The translations under genes and the position numbers were made by a program. The notes beneath the pieces were generated by a model. The model worked only from the letters and a program-made list of their open reading frames with translations. It did no database searches and was not told the DNA's origin. A stretch of 61,766 nt of DNA from Elusimicrobia bacterium CG1_02_37_114 (GTDB lineage: Bacteria; Elusimicrobiota; Endomicrobiia; CG1-02-37-114). Positions 18,978 through 29,470 of the stretch are shown here, one piece after another. Numbering within the stretch: the stretch's first letter is position 1; each line of letters starts with the position of its first letter. Location: positions 1 to 61,766 of the forward strand of contig MNXB01000005.1 in NCBI GenBank assembly GCA_001871125.1, given 5' to 3'.

Positions 18978-20419
18978 CTCTTATTACCCTTTCCGATATT
19001 CTGTATGCACTCCATTCCTTCAGCCTTCGGCAGTATATATTTAATATTTTGAATCTCACCGTTTTTATTTTTGAGTTTTCTTATCCGTTGTTTAACCAAT
19101 ACCGAATGTTGAATACACATATCCGGTTCAATTATTGAACCGAAAATATAACTCGTTCCTTTTATCAGACATCTGTCTCCGATACGCACAGGGAATTCAT
19201 CACTGCCTGTTATATTTACCCCTGTCTCAATTCGGACATTATCACCCAGTGTCGTGTTTCCTTTAATAATGTTTCCGCCCACCATCTCCGTTTCCCTGCC
19301 TATTATCAGGGTTTGTTCAGGATATGTTGAAATGTGAACCCCCTCTCCTACCTTTACATTCTCGCTTAAAATAATATTGCCGTCAAGGCAGGCGTTCCTG
19401 CCGATAGTTATTCCTTTATTTATTTTCACTCCTTTAGAAATATAACAACCACTGCCTATGAATATATCCAGGGGACCAATTTTTTTATCTAATTTTATAA
19501 TGTCATTTATAACCTCTTCCGCAATGAAGAAATCCTCTTCGTCTTCAATGGATATTATGTCTTTTAATATTTCGTAATAGTTCTGCCTGACTATTGACTC
19601 CATTTTTTTCAATGTGCTTTTGTTATTGAACCCTAACAGCATTTCACTATTCTTTGACTGGAAACAGCCCACTTTCAACCCGGATTTGTTGAATATACTC
19701 ACTAAATCCGTCATATAAATTTCGCCCTGCACATTTTCTGCTTTAATTTTATTTATGTATTTCATTAGTTTTCCTGCCCTGAAGGCAAGAATACCTGAAT
19801 CAAATTCATTGTTTTTCAGCAGTTCGGTTTTTGTGAAAGCGTAAGGTTTTCCGTGATAATAACTCACGCACTCTCTCTTAGAGTTCAGTTTCAAAATATC
19901 CTTATGTTGAAGAATTTCTATAACCTCACCGGCACCTTCACCAGATTCAGGAACCCTCACTATACGACCATAATAGTTTGTTTCCACCGGTCCCTCGTAG
20001 GTGCCCGAAAGGAGCATCATATCGTAATCCGAATTTTCAAAAGATTTCCTGAAGTCATTTACTAACCAGCTTTTAAGAAGACCCGTGTCACCCGGGAAAA
20101 CATAGACATTGCCTGTCCAACTTTTCGGTATTTTTTTGACTGCTGTCTGTAAAGCATGTCCTGTCCCCCTCTGAACCTTCTGGTATGCAAAGACAGTGTT
20201 TTTTTTCTTGCCGACCAGTTCCATTACATCATTTGCTTTTTGCCCTATAACAATAACCTGGTTGTGACAGCCAAGCCCGTCTTCTACTGACCCGGAGACC
20301 CGCAAAACAGAAGGGATACCCCATATAGTATGCGCTACCTTGGGTGTTTCTGATTTAATCCTCTTGCCGTGCCCGGCGGCAAGAATGACCGCAATACTTT
20401 GTTTTTTTACCTTGTTCAT
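18965..20419 (-). CDS. glmU: GlmU-like nucleotidyltransferase with hexapeptide repeats
   Basis: ILAAGHGKRIKS.PK, GTGHA, YGRI and QGEIYMTD motifs; C-terminal beta-helix is divergent. Confidence 0.8.
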   Translation of the reverse strand: MNKVKKQSIAVILAAGHGKRIKSETPKVAHTIWGIPSVLRVSGSVEDGLGCHNQVIVIGQKANDVMELVGKKKNTVFAYQKVQRGTGHALQTAVKKIPKSWTGNVYVFPGDTGLLKSWLVNDFRKSFENSDYDMMLLSGTYEGPVETNYYGRIVRVPESGEGAGEVIEILQHKDILKLNSKRECVSYYHGKPYAFTKTELLKNNEFDSGILAFRAGKLMKYINKIKAENVQGEIYMTDLVSIFNKSGLKVGCFQSKNSEMLLGFNNKSTLKKMESIVRQNYYEILKDIISIEDEEDFFIAEEVINDIIKLDKKIGPLDIFIGSGCYISKGVKINKGITIGRNACLDGNIILSENVKVGEGVHISTYPEQTLIIGRETEMVGGNIIKGNTTLGDNVRIETGVNITGSDEFPVRIGDRCLIKGTSYIFGSIIEPDMCIQHSVLVKQRIRKLKNKNGEIQNIKYILPKAEGMECIQNIGKGNKRCVE

Positions 20420-21930
20420 ACCATTATTGATTTTGTTTGTTGAATCAGTTTATTTACTTTTTTATACGTTTCAAACATTTTTCCTTCAATTTTTCCTTCA
20501 GCAATTATGCGAACCAGCGGTTCGGTATTGGAGGCACGGACATGAATCCAGGAATTATCCTTAAATAATATTTTATATCCATCCGAATTATTTATTGAAT
20601 CAACAGAATTGTTTTTTTCATAGTAGTCACGGACTAATCTGAGTTTTAACTTCGGGTTTGCCAGCCTGAGCTTTCTTTTTATTAAAACATACGGGGGGAT
20701 TTCTTTTTCAAGTTCTGCAATGCTTTTCCCGCTTTCGGCAATATAACAGAGCAATAATGCCATGCCTACCGTAGAATTTCTGCCATAATTAACCGTGCCA
20801 AGAATTGTTCCGCCGTTACCTTCTGCACCGAAAACTGTTTTGTTGTTTATCATAGCATTGACTACATTTATTTCACCGACAGGTGTCCTGGAGATTTCTA
20901 TGCCATAGTGACCTGCAATTTCTTCCCAGGCACCTGTAGTGGATAAATTTACTGGTATACATTTTATATATTTTTTCTTGTTATCTTTTTGTAATTCTAA
21001 TAAAAATTTACCTGCCAGAAGTGGTGTGTATTCTTCATTTCTTAAAGGCATTGCCACAAGTCTGTCCTGGTCAGGGTCAAAGGCAAAACCAATGTCTGCG
21101 TTGAATTTTTGTATTGCTGATTTGAGAATTGCAAGGTGCTGCGGTATGGGTTCTAAAGGTCGGTTTGATTGTTCTATGGCATTGTTGTTGAGGACAATAA
21201 TGTTCTGAGGCAATATACCGATGGACAGTAAAAAGCTTTTTGGGAACTCGGCGCCGGATCTACTGCATGCGTCAATTATTACTTTAAATTCTTTTCCCCT
21301 TATTTTATCAAAGACCTGTGTGCCTTTACCTTTTTGCCCGCAGCATAAATCAATGACGTTTTTTACTTTTCTGAGCACGTCCCGGTTGTATCCGGTTAGG
21401 ACATCCTTTCTTATTTTTGGTAAAACGGTTCCCGGTTTAAATCTAAAATTAATTTCCTTATCGGTTCTATCAAATTTGTCAATGATTTTTTGCATCTGTT
21501 CCGGCTTAAGCAATGTTCCGTAATCATTGTTGTTTTTACCGGATATAAGTTTTATGCCATTCCATTCTATCGGGTTGTGGCTTGCTGTTATGATTATACC
21601 ACCCTGTGCTTTATAATTAATTATCGCCCACTGAATCATCGGTGTCGTTGCGGTCCCGAGATATATCAATTCAAACTTTTGTCTTTCCTTTTTGGAAATG
21701 TCTTCTATAGCAGAAAAAACACCTTGTAGCAGGATATTGCCGGACAGTTTCGGGTCTTTTCCGATAACAATCTTTATAGGTCTATTCCCCGAAGCATTTT
21801 TAACTAAATATTCACCGTAGAATGCAAGAGCAATCTTATATGCTTCAACGAGAGTTATTGATTTACCTACAATCCCTCTTATTCCGGATAAAGATTTTAT
21901 TAATTCTGACATTATTGTTCTATGCCTCAA
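20416..21930 (-). CDS. phosphoglucosamine mutase / phosphohexomutase
   Basis: ITASHNP, FDPDQDR and RASNTEP motifs; in an operon with glmU-glmS. Confidence 0.88.
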   Translation of the reverse strand: MRHRTIMSELIKSLSGIRGIVGKSITLVEAYKIALAFYGEYLVKNASGNRPIKIVIGKDPKLSGNILLQGVFSAIEDISKKERQKFELIYLGTATTPMIQWAIINYKAQGGIIITASHNPIEWNGIKLISGKNNNDYGTLLKPEQMQKIIDKFDRTDKEINFRFKPGTVLPKIRKDVLTGYNRDVLRKVKNVIDLCCGQKGKGTQVFDKIRGKEFKVIIDACSRSGAEFPKSFLLSIGILPQNIIVLNNNAIEQSNRPLEPIPQHLAILKSAIQKFNADIGFAFDPDQDRLVAMPLRNEEYTPLLAGKFLLELQKDNKKKYIKCIPVNLSTTGAWEEIAGHYGIEISRTPVGEINVVNAMINNKTVFGAEGNGGTILGTVNYGRNSTVGMALLLCYIAESGKSIAELEKEIPPYVLIKRKLRLANPKLKLRLVRDYYEKNNSVDSINNSDGYKILFKDNSWIHVRASNTEPLVRIIAEGKIEGKMFETYKKVNKLIQQTKSIMV

Positions 21931-22086
21931 CTGTTTGCATAACTGCTTTCTCCAATATATACATTATACAAACATATACAGGAAAAATCAAAAAATTTGA
22001 AAAATTAATAAAAAAGTAGTACAATAGTAGTAGAAATATAAAGAATTTACTTTGTTAAGGCTCATAAATTTTTAGCATTTCACTAT

Positions 22087-22269
22087 ATGGACAGAATTTA
22101 TAAAATTGGTAAAGAAGAATTAGCCCAGTTTTCCAAAATTAACCTTCATCAACGACTGAAACAGGCAAGTTGTGCTTTGAGATTATATTATTCTGTGCAC
22201 CCAATACTTTTCCCACAGTACAAATTTTACAAGTCACTTAAACAATTTTTTAAACATGGGAAACAATAA
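22087..22269 (+). CDS. small hypothetical partner of the nucleotidyltransferase
   Basis: 60 aa; overlaps the downstream gene. Confidence 0.45.
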   Translation: MDRIYKIGKEELAQFSKINLHQRLKQASCALRLYYSVHPILFPQYKFYKSLKQFFKHGKQ

Positions 22270-22723
22270 ATTTTTTAGACCTGATTTTAAAACCTTGTGC
22301 GAATTATTAAATAGATATAAAGTCAGATATCTGGTATTTGGCGCGTGGGCAGGGATAATATACGGGCTTCCAAGAACTACTTTAGACGTGGATATAATCA
22401 TTGATAAAACAGAAGAAAATTGTCAGAAGTTGATTGAATCATTATCAAATATAGGTGCCGGTATAGCAAAAGAATTAACTCCAAACGAAATATTAAAGAC
22501 AAAGGTCTTTATGTTTGCCGATATGATTAAGGTTGATATTTTCACCGAAACCTACGGTGTAAAAAATTTTAATGAAGTTTATAAAAGAAGTAAAGAAGTA
22601 AATTTCGAGGGTATAAAAATACCTGTGATTTCATACAAGGATTTTCTAAAAACCAAAAATACTGACCGACCAAAAGACAAAGAAGACCTAAAAATTTTAA
22701 AGAAACTTAAAGTCAAATTCTGA
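22256..22723 (+). CDS. nucleotidyltransferase-fold protein (TA-like)
   Basis: YLVFGA, PRTTLDVD and RPKDKEDL motifs. Confidence 0.8.
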   Translation: MGNNKFFRPDFKTLCELLNRYKVRYLVFGAWAGIIYGLPRTTLDVDIIIDKTEENCQKLIESLSNIGAGIAKELTPNEILKTKVFMFADMIKVDIFTETYGVKNFNEVYKRSKEVNFEGIKIPVISYKDFLKTKNTDRPKDKEDLKILKKLKVKF

Positions 22724-22738
22724 AGTTTTTCGGTGTTT

Positions 22739-23431
22739 CTATTCAAGATAAGCATTGAATAGAAGTTCTATTTTATCGAGAGCGTCTTCCTCTAATGAAA
22801 AAGTCACCGAACCTGCAAAACAATCAAGTATAACTACCGCATTAATACTTGCATCCTTAATTTTTATATTCCTGAGCCTTTTACAAAAATTTTTGTTAAC
22901 TGTTTGAATATCCGCATAAATTTCAACGAGTTTTTTTAATTCCCAGTCCGGCTCCTTACCGTGTCTTGCCAGGAAATACTGCGCCAATAGATACATGGAT
23001 AAAACGCGGTACTTCGTTTCGTCTATTGTCGCAAACGGCAGATGAAAACGAACCATAGGCTTCAGTTTTTCCATAATGGGACAGCCGGTTGTAACCATAT
23101 ATATGCCCATGAGGGAACTTATACCCTGCTGTAATGTGGTGTGTTTCGTATATTTCCTTGCCTCGGTCTCAATGTATATATCAACTTCCTCATAGGAATT
23201 TGAGCCGCTGAAGAAATCAATTAAATCAACAAGGTTTATTGCTAGCGGGCAAAATTTATGCTGGTTCTCATTCAGGGGACAATTAGAGCATTTAGAATAT
23301 TTTAATTCTGTCCATTCGGGGTATGATTTCTTTTCTTCTGATATTAAATTCAGGGTTTTATCGTCAAGTTTAACAGTAAATTCTTTCTCTGTGCCGTTAC
23401 TTAATGTAAATTTATAGCGATAGGTAAGCAT
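22739..23431 (-). CDS. conserved Cys-rich hypothetical protein
   Basis: CSNCPL...CPLA, GCP and RFHLPF motifs; in an operon with the aldolase-like gene. Confidence 0.75.
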   Translation of the reverse strand: MLTYRYKFTLSNGTEKEFTVKLDDKTLNLISEEKKSYPEWTELKYSKCSNCPLNENQHKFCPLAINLVDLIDFFSGSNSYEEVDIYIETEARKYTKHTTLQQGISSLMGIYMVTTGCPIMEKLKPMVRFHLPFATIDETKYRVLSMYLLAQYFLARHGKEPDWELKKLVEIYADIQTVNKNFCKRLRNIKIKDASINAVVILDCFAGSVTFSLEEDALDKIELLFNAYLE

Positions 23432-23433
23432 TT

Positions 23434-24399
23434 CTAATCTTCGCCTTCTTTAGTAAGTTCTTCGTATAATTTACGAAATTCAAACTTTTCAGATGCACCA
23501 TCATCCATTTCCATTAGTTTTATTGCTATTTCAGGATGTTGGTTTAGTGTGCCGGTTATCATATATGGAATGGTGTATCCCCAGGAAATTTCTTTGGCAA
23601 GTGGCAATATTTCCTTGGTTATAATATCTAAGAGTGGACGGATATCAAATTTAGGATTTTTTAAGAAACTTATCAGGAGTTCAATCGGACAGTTCCCGGC
23701 AGCACGTCCAAGTCCGTATAATGTGCCGTCAAGGTAGTTGGCACCGCGGATAATACCGGCAATAGTGTTGGCAAATCCTAACTGCTGATGGTTATGGCAG
23801 TGAACCCCGATTTCCTTGTTCTTCAGGTATTTTCTATATTTATCTACAAAAAAATCAATGTCTTCACTGTAAAGAGCTCCGAAACTATCCACTATATAAC
23901 AGGCTGTTATTTTTGTTTCTGCTTCTATTTGCTGCAGTGCCTCGTCAAGGTCACGCTCCAGGGCCTGTGATATAGCCATAATATTAATGGTTGCCGTATA
24001 TCCTTTATCAGTGGCATTGTTTGCAAGTTTAATCGCTTTATCAACGTCCTTGACATAAGTCGCAATGCGTATTACATCCACGACACTTTCTTTTTTTGGA
24101 AGAACATCGTCGGCAACTGCCTTATGGGCATCCTGCATAACTGCAATTTTTGTTTTATCTGATTTTATACCGTCCACCACTTTTTTAAGATTTTCTTCAT
24201 CGCAGAAACGCCACAGTCCGTATTCATCTACAGAGAACATTTTTTTGCTGTTCCTGTAGCCGAGTTCAACAATGTCCACGCCTGCAGCGCAAACTGCTTT
24301 ATAGACATTTCTGACAGTTTCAACTGAAAATTTTGATTTGTTCATCAACCCGCCGTCGCGGATAGTGCAATCAATTACTTTAATCTGCGGTCTGTACAA
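23434..24399 (-). CDS. DRE-TIM metallolyase (aldolase/HMGL-like)
   Basis: DCTIRDGG, VDSFG, HCHNH and GRAAGNCP motifs. Confidence 0.88.
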   Translation of the reverse strand: MYRPQIKVIDCTIRDGGLMNKSKFSVETVRNVYKAVCAAGVDIVELGYRNSKKMFSVDEYGLWRFCDEENLKKVVDGIKSDKTKIAVMQDAHKAVADDVLPKKESVVDVIRIATYVKDVDKAIKLANNATDKGYTATINIMAISQALERDLDEALQQIEAETKITACYIVDSFGALYSEDIDFFVDKYRKYLKNKEIGVHCHNHQQLGFANTIAGIIRGANYLDGTLYGLGRAAGNCPIELLISFLKNPKFDIRPLLDIITKEILPLAKEISWGYTIPYMITGTLNQHPEIAIKLMEMDDGASEKFEFRKLYEELTKEGED

Positions 24400-24414
24400 T
24401 TTTTATCTCCTTTT

Positions 24415-25254
24415 CTAATATCTACCGATTTCGCCGGTAGTTCTTTCTCTGTCTAATATCTTTTTTCCTTCTTCAAACGCAGACTGGACAATTTCGTCTT
24501 TGGAATCCCAGACCCTGCTTTCAAAGGAACGTTTCTCAACCGATTCAAGAAATTTTTTGAATTCGTTAAAATAACTGCCGTATATATGGTAGGAATCCGA
24601 GAAATCCACATATCGCCCGACTTTTACTTCTTTTTTTATCTTTTTTGATATTTCTTCGGCGATGTGTCTCTGGAGGTCAGTCAGTGCAAAAATATTCATA
24701 AAAGCAGCTTTATATGCATCTCTTGAACGCCAGTTTGTGTTCATATTCAGAACAGGAGCATTATTTTCATCATAGGATAACCTGCACCACACTCTCTGCA
24801 GGCAGGGCGGATCGTCTGTTTGAGGGTCAGCGGTTGGTATCCAGGTGATTGCATTTGCTCTTCTTGTATAATCTGTTTTGGAAAGTGAATTTATTATATA
24901 TGTTATCTGGTCAAAAGACTCATAATCAAACAATCTCTTGTGATAAGTATAAGTCCATTTACCTTCCTTGGGATTTATCCAGTAGTCGTGGACACCGTTT
25001 ACAACTTCCTGCCTGTATATTTCAAGGTTTTCAAGTCCTGCCGGGAAATTTTTATGTATCCGCGGTTCAGCAAAAGGCTCTTCTATTACCATAACCATCG
25101 TGACGTCTCTGCTCGGCGGGTCATCGGGTTTATCATACTGGGTTTTTAAAATAGCACCTTTTGACCAGGTTTCAATCAGTGACTTTTCCCACACCTCGGG
25201 TATTGTTTTCCCGGAAACAGTTAGGACAGGAATATTGCCTTTATTTTCTGTCAT
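24415..25254 (-). CDS. thyA: thymidylate synthase, archaeal-like ThyA
   Basis: PPCLQ, WRSRDAYKAAFMN and SYHIY motifs. Confidence 0.8.
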   Translation of the reverse strand: MTENKGNIPVLTVSGKTIPEVWEKSLIETWSKGAILKTQYDKPDDPPSRDVTMVMVIEEPFAEPRIHKNFPAGLENLEIYRQEVVNGVHDYWINPKEGKWTYTYHKRLFDYESFDQITYIINSLSKTDYTRRANAITWIPTADPQTDDPPCLQRVWCRLSYDENNAPVLNMNTNWRSRDAYKAAFMNIFALTDLQRHIAEEISKKIKKEVKVGRYVDFSDSYHIYGSYFNEFKKFLESVEKRSFESRVWDSKDEIVQSAFEEGKKILDRERTTGEIGRY

Positions 25255-25316
25255 ATCAGAGGTTCTCCTTTATTTCATTATATCATATTTTTTAACGTAT
25301 AAGAAATTAAAAAATG

Positions 25317-25423
25317 TTTGATAATCGTCCATCTGAAGATGGACGCTACCAGAAGTAGGTTACTCCAGTAACAGTAGCGTCCAGTTTTAACCAACAGTAG
25401 GTTCTTTAGGAACTGGACGATTT
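25317..25423. repeat. REPIN: two inverted GTAG-type REPs, the second carrying a 21-bp insert
   Basis: CGTCCATCTGAAGATGGACGCTAC ... GTAGCGTCCAGTT..AACTGGACG. Confidence 0.65.
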
Positions 25424-25432
25424 CTTGGCTGT

Positions 25433-27037
25433 TCAATAGGCATTAAACCGGAGAAGTATCTTAAATGATGAAGACACGGCCGGTTTCAGAACAGTTACTT
25501 CAGAAGGATAGTCGGGTCCCGGACCCAAGCCTGCAATCAGTTCGTCTTTACCGTCACCATCTATATCGCCGGCGGCAACGTTTAAACCGTAAGCATAGCG
25601 CAGGTCAGGATAAACAATAGTGTCAAATATGAAGTTCAGGTTTCCGTCAAGGACGGTAAGAAAAGAATTGTTACACTCGTGTACCCCGTATCCCCTGACG
25701 ATTTCGTCATACCCGTCACCGTTTATATCACCGGAATTCAAAATTACACCCGCATCCCAGCCGTTGCGTTCCTTTGGTAGCGGCAGCCGACTTATTTCGT
25801 TACCCTCAAAATCTATTATTTTTAAATTTGTATCGCTCCGGTTGAGATAAACAAGCCCTATAGCCATTTCAGCTTTCTTATCTCCGGTAAAATTGCCGCA
25901 GGTTACATTTATACCGTGTCTCATCGTACCATCAGCTCTCATATCCCTGTTGTAAGGGTAAAGTGTTTTTATTTTTTTCCCGTTGCCCGTCCATATTTTT
26001 AGTTCAGGAAAACACGTAAGACCCGGAGCAGTTCCTACAACTATTTCGTCTTTCCCGTTACCGTCAAAATCACCGGAGGCAACCTCTGCACCGTAATCTT
26101 TCCACCTGCTGAAAGCCCTGAACGACAGGATTTCTTTCCCTTCCCAGTCAAAGACTTTGACTATTGCTTTGTTCCCCGGGCTGATGCCGGGGCTTACAAT
26201 TATTTCTTTTTTCCCGTCCCCATCAATATCACCGACTGCAATGTTAATCCCAAACTTGGTTTTCTTATCAAAAGCAAAAAAACTGCTGATTTCATTTCCT
26301 TTTGAATCAAAAACCTTTATTAAAGAATCATTTTCTGAAGAGGGTCCCCTGCCTGTAATTATTTCTATCTTGCCATCACCATTTACATCCCCACAAGCTA
26401 CTTTAACGCCACTGCCATAATAATAAACACAAATGGTTTCTACCGGCCCGAACTTGAGATTGGCAACCAATCCCGGAACAAGGTAGGACTGCAGGAAAAT
26501 ACTGACTATTCCATGGCATAATCCCAGGGTAAAAATGTTTCTGTTGCGCGAGAAAAGATAAGACCAGATAATTCCGCCGAAAAAAGTAATAATCATCAAA
26601 GGAATGTTTAATGCATGGAGCCAGCTGAAAATTATAGCAGTCCCCAGTATGGATAAAAACCTGTTATTCAACGCACGGTCCAGACGTATATAAAAGAAAC
26701 CCTGGGTAATAAACTGCTGAATGATTCCCCAGGAAATCCAGTACATAATGAATTTTAGATTCACAGGCCATATAGGGAACTGGTAGTGATTGTTTAATGC
26801 AATGATTAGTCCTACCGAAAGAATAATTATTATAGAAACTTTCCACAGTTCACTAAAGAAATTATCAAACCTTACCCCGAGGTCATATAACCGTTCCCTG
26901 TGCAGGTAAAATGAAAGGACGATAAAGCCGAAACATAGCACAATAGTCAGGGGAAGGAGGAGTCGCTGCATCCTGAATAGCCACATATACGAGAAATATA
27001 TTATTAAAGGCGGGAATATTTCAATGATTTTACCCAT
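25433..27037 (-). CDS. fusion of a CPBP (Abi/CAAX)-like membrane domain and FG-GAP repeats
   Basis: N-terminal TM helices with QQF..QG, FSWLH and HG; multiple GDxDGDGxxE repeats. Confidence 0.8.
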   Translation of the reverse strand: MGKIIEIFPPLIIYFSYMWLFRMQRLLLPLTIVLCFGFIVLSFYLHRERLYDLGVRFDNFFSELWKVSIIIILSVGLIIALNNHYQFPIWPVNLKFIMYWISWGIIQQFITQGFFYIRLDRALNNRFLSILGTAIIFSWLHALNIPLMIITFFGGIIWSYLFSRNRNIFTLGLCHGIVSIFLQSYLVPGLVANLKFGPVETICVYYYGSGVKVACGDVNGDGKIEIITGRGPSSENDSLIKVFDSKGNEISSFFAFDKKTKFGINIAVGDIDGDGKKEIIVSPGISPGNKAIVKVFDWEGKEILSFRAFSRWKDYGAEVASGDFDGNGKDEIVVGTAPGLTCFPELKIWTGNGKKIKTLYPYNRDMRADGTMRHGINVTCGNFTGDKKAEMAIGLVYLNRSDTNLKIIDFEGNEISRLPLPKERNGWDAGVILNSGDINGDGYDEIVRGYGVHECNNSFLTVLDGNLNFIFDTIVYPDLRYAYGLNVAAGDIDGDGKDELIAGLGPGPDYPSEVTVLKPAVSSSFKILLRFNAY

Positions 27038-27053
27038 AGGTTCACTTGATGCG

Positions 27054-27592
27054 TTACTTACTCAATGTCTCGTACACTGCTTCTGTAATTGCTAGATGAC
27101 CTGTGAGATTCGGATGTACCGGTTCAGCACAGTTGGCAGCAGTTCAAGGACCTGCTTTCTGAAGGAATCATCCGATTTTTCTGTGCTGATATAGAAAGGG
27201 TCTATTAATAGTATCCCGCATTTTGGAAATTTTTTCTTTGTCCGCACCAGAATATCATTATATACAGACTTAAATATATTGGGAGGGACAGCATCCGGTG
27301 CCTGGTTTAAGGTAGCATGTAAATCATTAATCCCGATTTTTATTGACAGCCAGTCAATCTTGTGCGGGAATACGTCATCGCTCCAGCGGCACTGTAAATC
27401 TGTTATTTTATTCCCGCCGATGCCTTTGTTGATTATTGAGATTTTCTTTTCGGGTTCGCGGAGAGTAACAAAATCAGCAAAAAATTTTACATAGCCGTTT
27501 CCAAGCGGGCACGCTGCATCCCGTCTTCCGCAATCAGTGATGCTATCCCCGATAAAGAGGATTGTTTGTCCGTCTTTGATTTTTAGTACCAT
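27054..27592 (-). pseudogene. SGNH/GDSL hydrolase with internal deletion and frameshift
   Basis: GDSITD, GIGGN and GIND blocks are in frame. The catalytic block EPVHPNLTGH lies in another frame after about 27131 and ends at 27054. Confidence 0.8.
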
Positions 27593-27884
27593 CGTAGTTT
27601 CCTTTCATTATTTTAATATACATAACAGAACCGACTTTCTATCTTTTTTTACCGTATATTTACTCCATATTTGAGAAAAACAACTACTTTTATTATACTT
27701 TTATTTGAAAAAATAGGCAAGATCTATAGATAGTATATTGAACTCGGTTTTTGAAATGATTTCTATAAAAAATGATGGAATATGGAGTAACACGATTTCT
27801 AAAGGATCTCAAAGAATAACATTATTCTTTAACCCAAAATGATTACCGCAATAGTGGTATTAAAGTTAGATTAACTAATTTTAT

Positions 27885-28928
27885 TCAATCCCATTGATCT
27901 ATAAATATTACAATATCGTTATTATTTAAAAGACTATTGAATGATTTGTGGTAATATTTGTAGTTAAATTCCAGTTCTTTATATAAAGGGCCTGTAAAAT
28001 TTTTGATATTAGAAAGAATATCTTTATTGTCATTAAATGATTTTAATAGTTCTTGTAATTTTTTTTGTAATTCTTTATCTTCTATTCGAATATCTATAAA
28101 TTCAACAAGATCCCCCTTTTCATTACTACGTAAATATAATATTGTGGCTCTATAAAAATGTAATCTTTTTAAGTATTTATCTCTAATATTAGTCAAATAA
28201 ACTGCTATACCTTTTGGTGTAGAAGTAGTTGTAATAGGTATCATTTGTACTTTTTTTTCTTCACTTTCTGCTAATCCTTGTATAGAATTAAACATATTTT
28301 CTTTAGTAATATTTGTTTTATCATAATTCATTAAATCGTAATACATTTTATTAAAATTTTCCATATAAACAAATTCGCTCCTAAAGTGCGGAGAATATTT
28401 AATTACAGCATTAAATTCATCTTTCGATATATTAGGATTTAAATTTATATAAATAGTGTCTTCGCAAGAATCATGTATAGTTATTGTTTCATAGCTTCCG
28501 GCTTTTAATTTTTTAATAGTGTTTTTGGGCAAATTAGATACCTCTCCTGCACCTGAAAACCGTACCCAAGAAATCAGAGTTATTTTTTCTGTTTCATCCA
28601 AGGGTATTTTTTCCATATCTTCTTTTATAACCATATTTCCAATATTTTTAAATGAATAGATATCTTTCACAAAAATGATACTTCCTTTATCTCCTCTGCT
28701 TACTATAAGTTCATCTTTAATATCTAGTTTTTGTGAACCTCCTTCTTTTGTATCTGAAGTAGTTACTGAGTCAGAGCCGTATATAGGCGCATATCCTATT
28801 TTATTATTTCCATCTTTAAATCTTATTTCTACTTTAGCCATTGTATAACAATGTGGGCAATCTCCTAAAGAATATGAATTTAAAAATACAAGCATGACTG
28901 GAATAACTAATAAAAATATTCTTTTCAT
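27885..28928 (-). CDS. secreted hypothetical protein, very AT-rich
   Basis: Signal-peptide-like N-terminus, CPHC motif, SD GGAGG. Confidence 0.75.
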   Translation of the reverse strand: MKRIFLLVIPVMLVFLNSYSLGDCPHCYTMAKVEIRFKDGNNKIGYAPIYGSDSVTTSDTKEGGSQKLDIKDELIVSRGDKGSIIFVKDIYSFKNIGNMVIKEDMEKIPLDETEKITLISWVRFSGAGEVSNLPKNTIKKLKAGSYETITIHDSCEDTIYINLNPNISKDEFNAVIKYSPHFRSEFVYMENFNKMYYDLMNYDKTNITKENMFNSIQGLAESEEKKVQMIPITTTSTPKGIAVYLTNIRDKYLKRLHFYRATILYLRSNEKGDLVEFIDIRIEDKELQKKLQELLKSFNDNKDILSNIKNFTGPLYKELEFNYKYYHKSFNSLLNNNDIVIFIDQWD

Positions 28929-29094
28929 TTTGATTCCTCCAAAAAAGAACGAAAGTTACACTAATCAATCTGAATTTATCAGTCAAATATTTTAACAAGA
29001 TGTTAGCGTGCAAGTTTTGGTGATTACCGCAACTCTCATCTGGAAATCCATACTCCAATTTTACATCTTTTTGAAAGATAGGTCAAATATGGAA

Positions 29095-29243
29095 AACCGA
29101 TGAATCGGTAACCGCGCCTTCATCCGGATCCTCTCCCATCAAGGGAGAAGTAAAATAAAGAGATTATCGGTGGTAATGTTGAAATTATGAAAGAAGGTAA
29201 AGATTAGTGGATGGGATTGCCAGGCTACCGCTCGCAATGACAA
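29095..29243. repeat. cluster of REP-like palindrome remnants
   Basis: CCGATGAATCGG; CTCCCATCAAGGGAG; GATTGCCA...CTCGCAATGAC. Confidence 0.45.
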
Positions 29244-29257
29244 AAGTCAATTATATT

Positions 29258-29470
29258 TTATTTTGATCCATTTCTTTTTTTTAAAACTATTCTGCTATCT
29301 GGCATAAGATAATAGATGTTTCCTTGCAATGAAAAAGGCGTGGGTATACCAAGTCTTTTATTCTCTTCTATTATTTTATGATAAGTTTTATTAGCTTTAG
29401 CCATAACGTCTATTAAATTCTTATAAAGTTTTAATGGTAAATTGCTATTCTTTTTTGTATTCTTAGACAT
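29258..29470 (-). CDS. small partner of the zeta-toxin-like ATPase
   Basis: Overlaps the ATPase stop; EENKRLGIP motif typical of such partners. Confidence 0.6.
   Translation of the reverse strand: MSKNTKKNSNLPLKLYKNLIDVMAKANKTYHKIIEENKRLGIPTPFSLQGNIYYLMPDSRIVLKKRNGSK

Noticed and set aside
17154-21990. glmS ribozyme
   Set aside because: glmS overlaps glmU, so there is no leader, and no ribozyme consensus was seen upstream of the operon.
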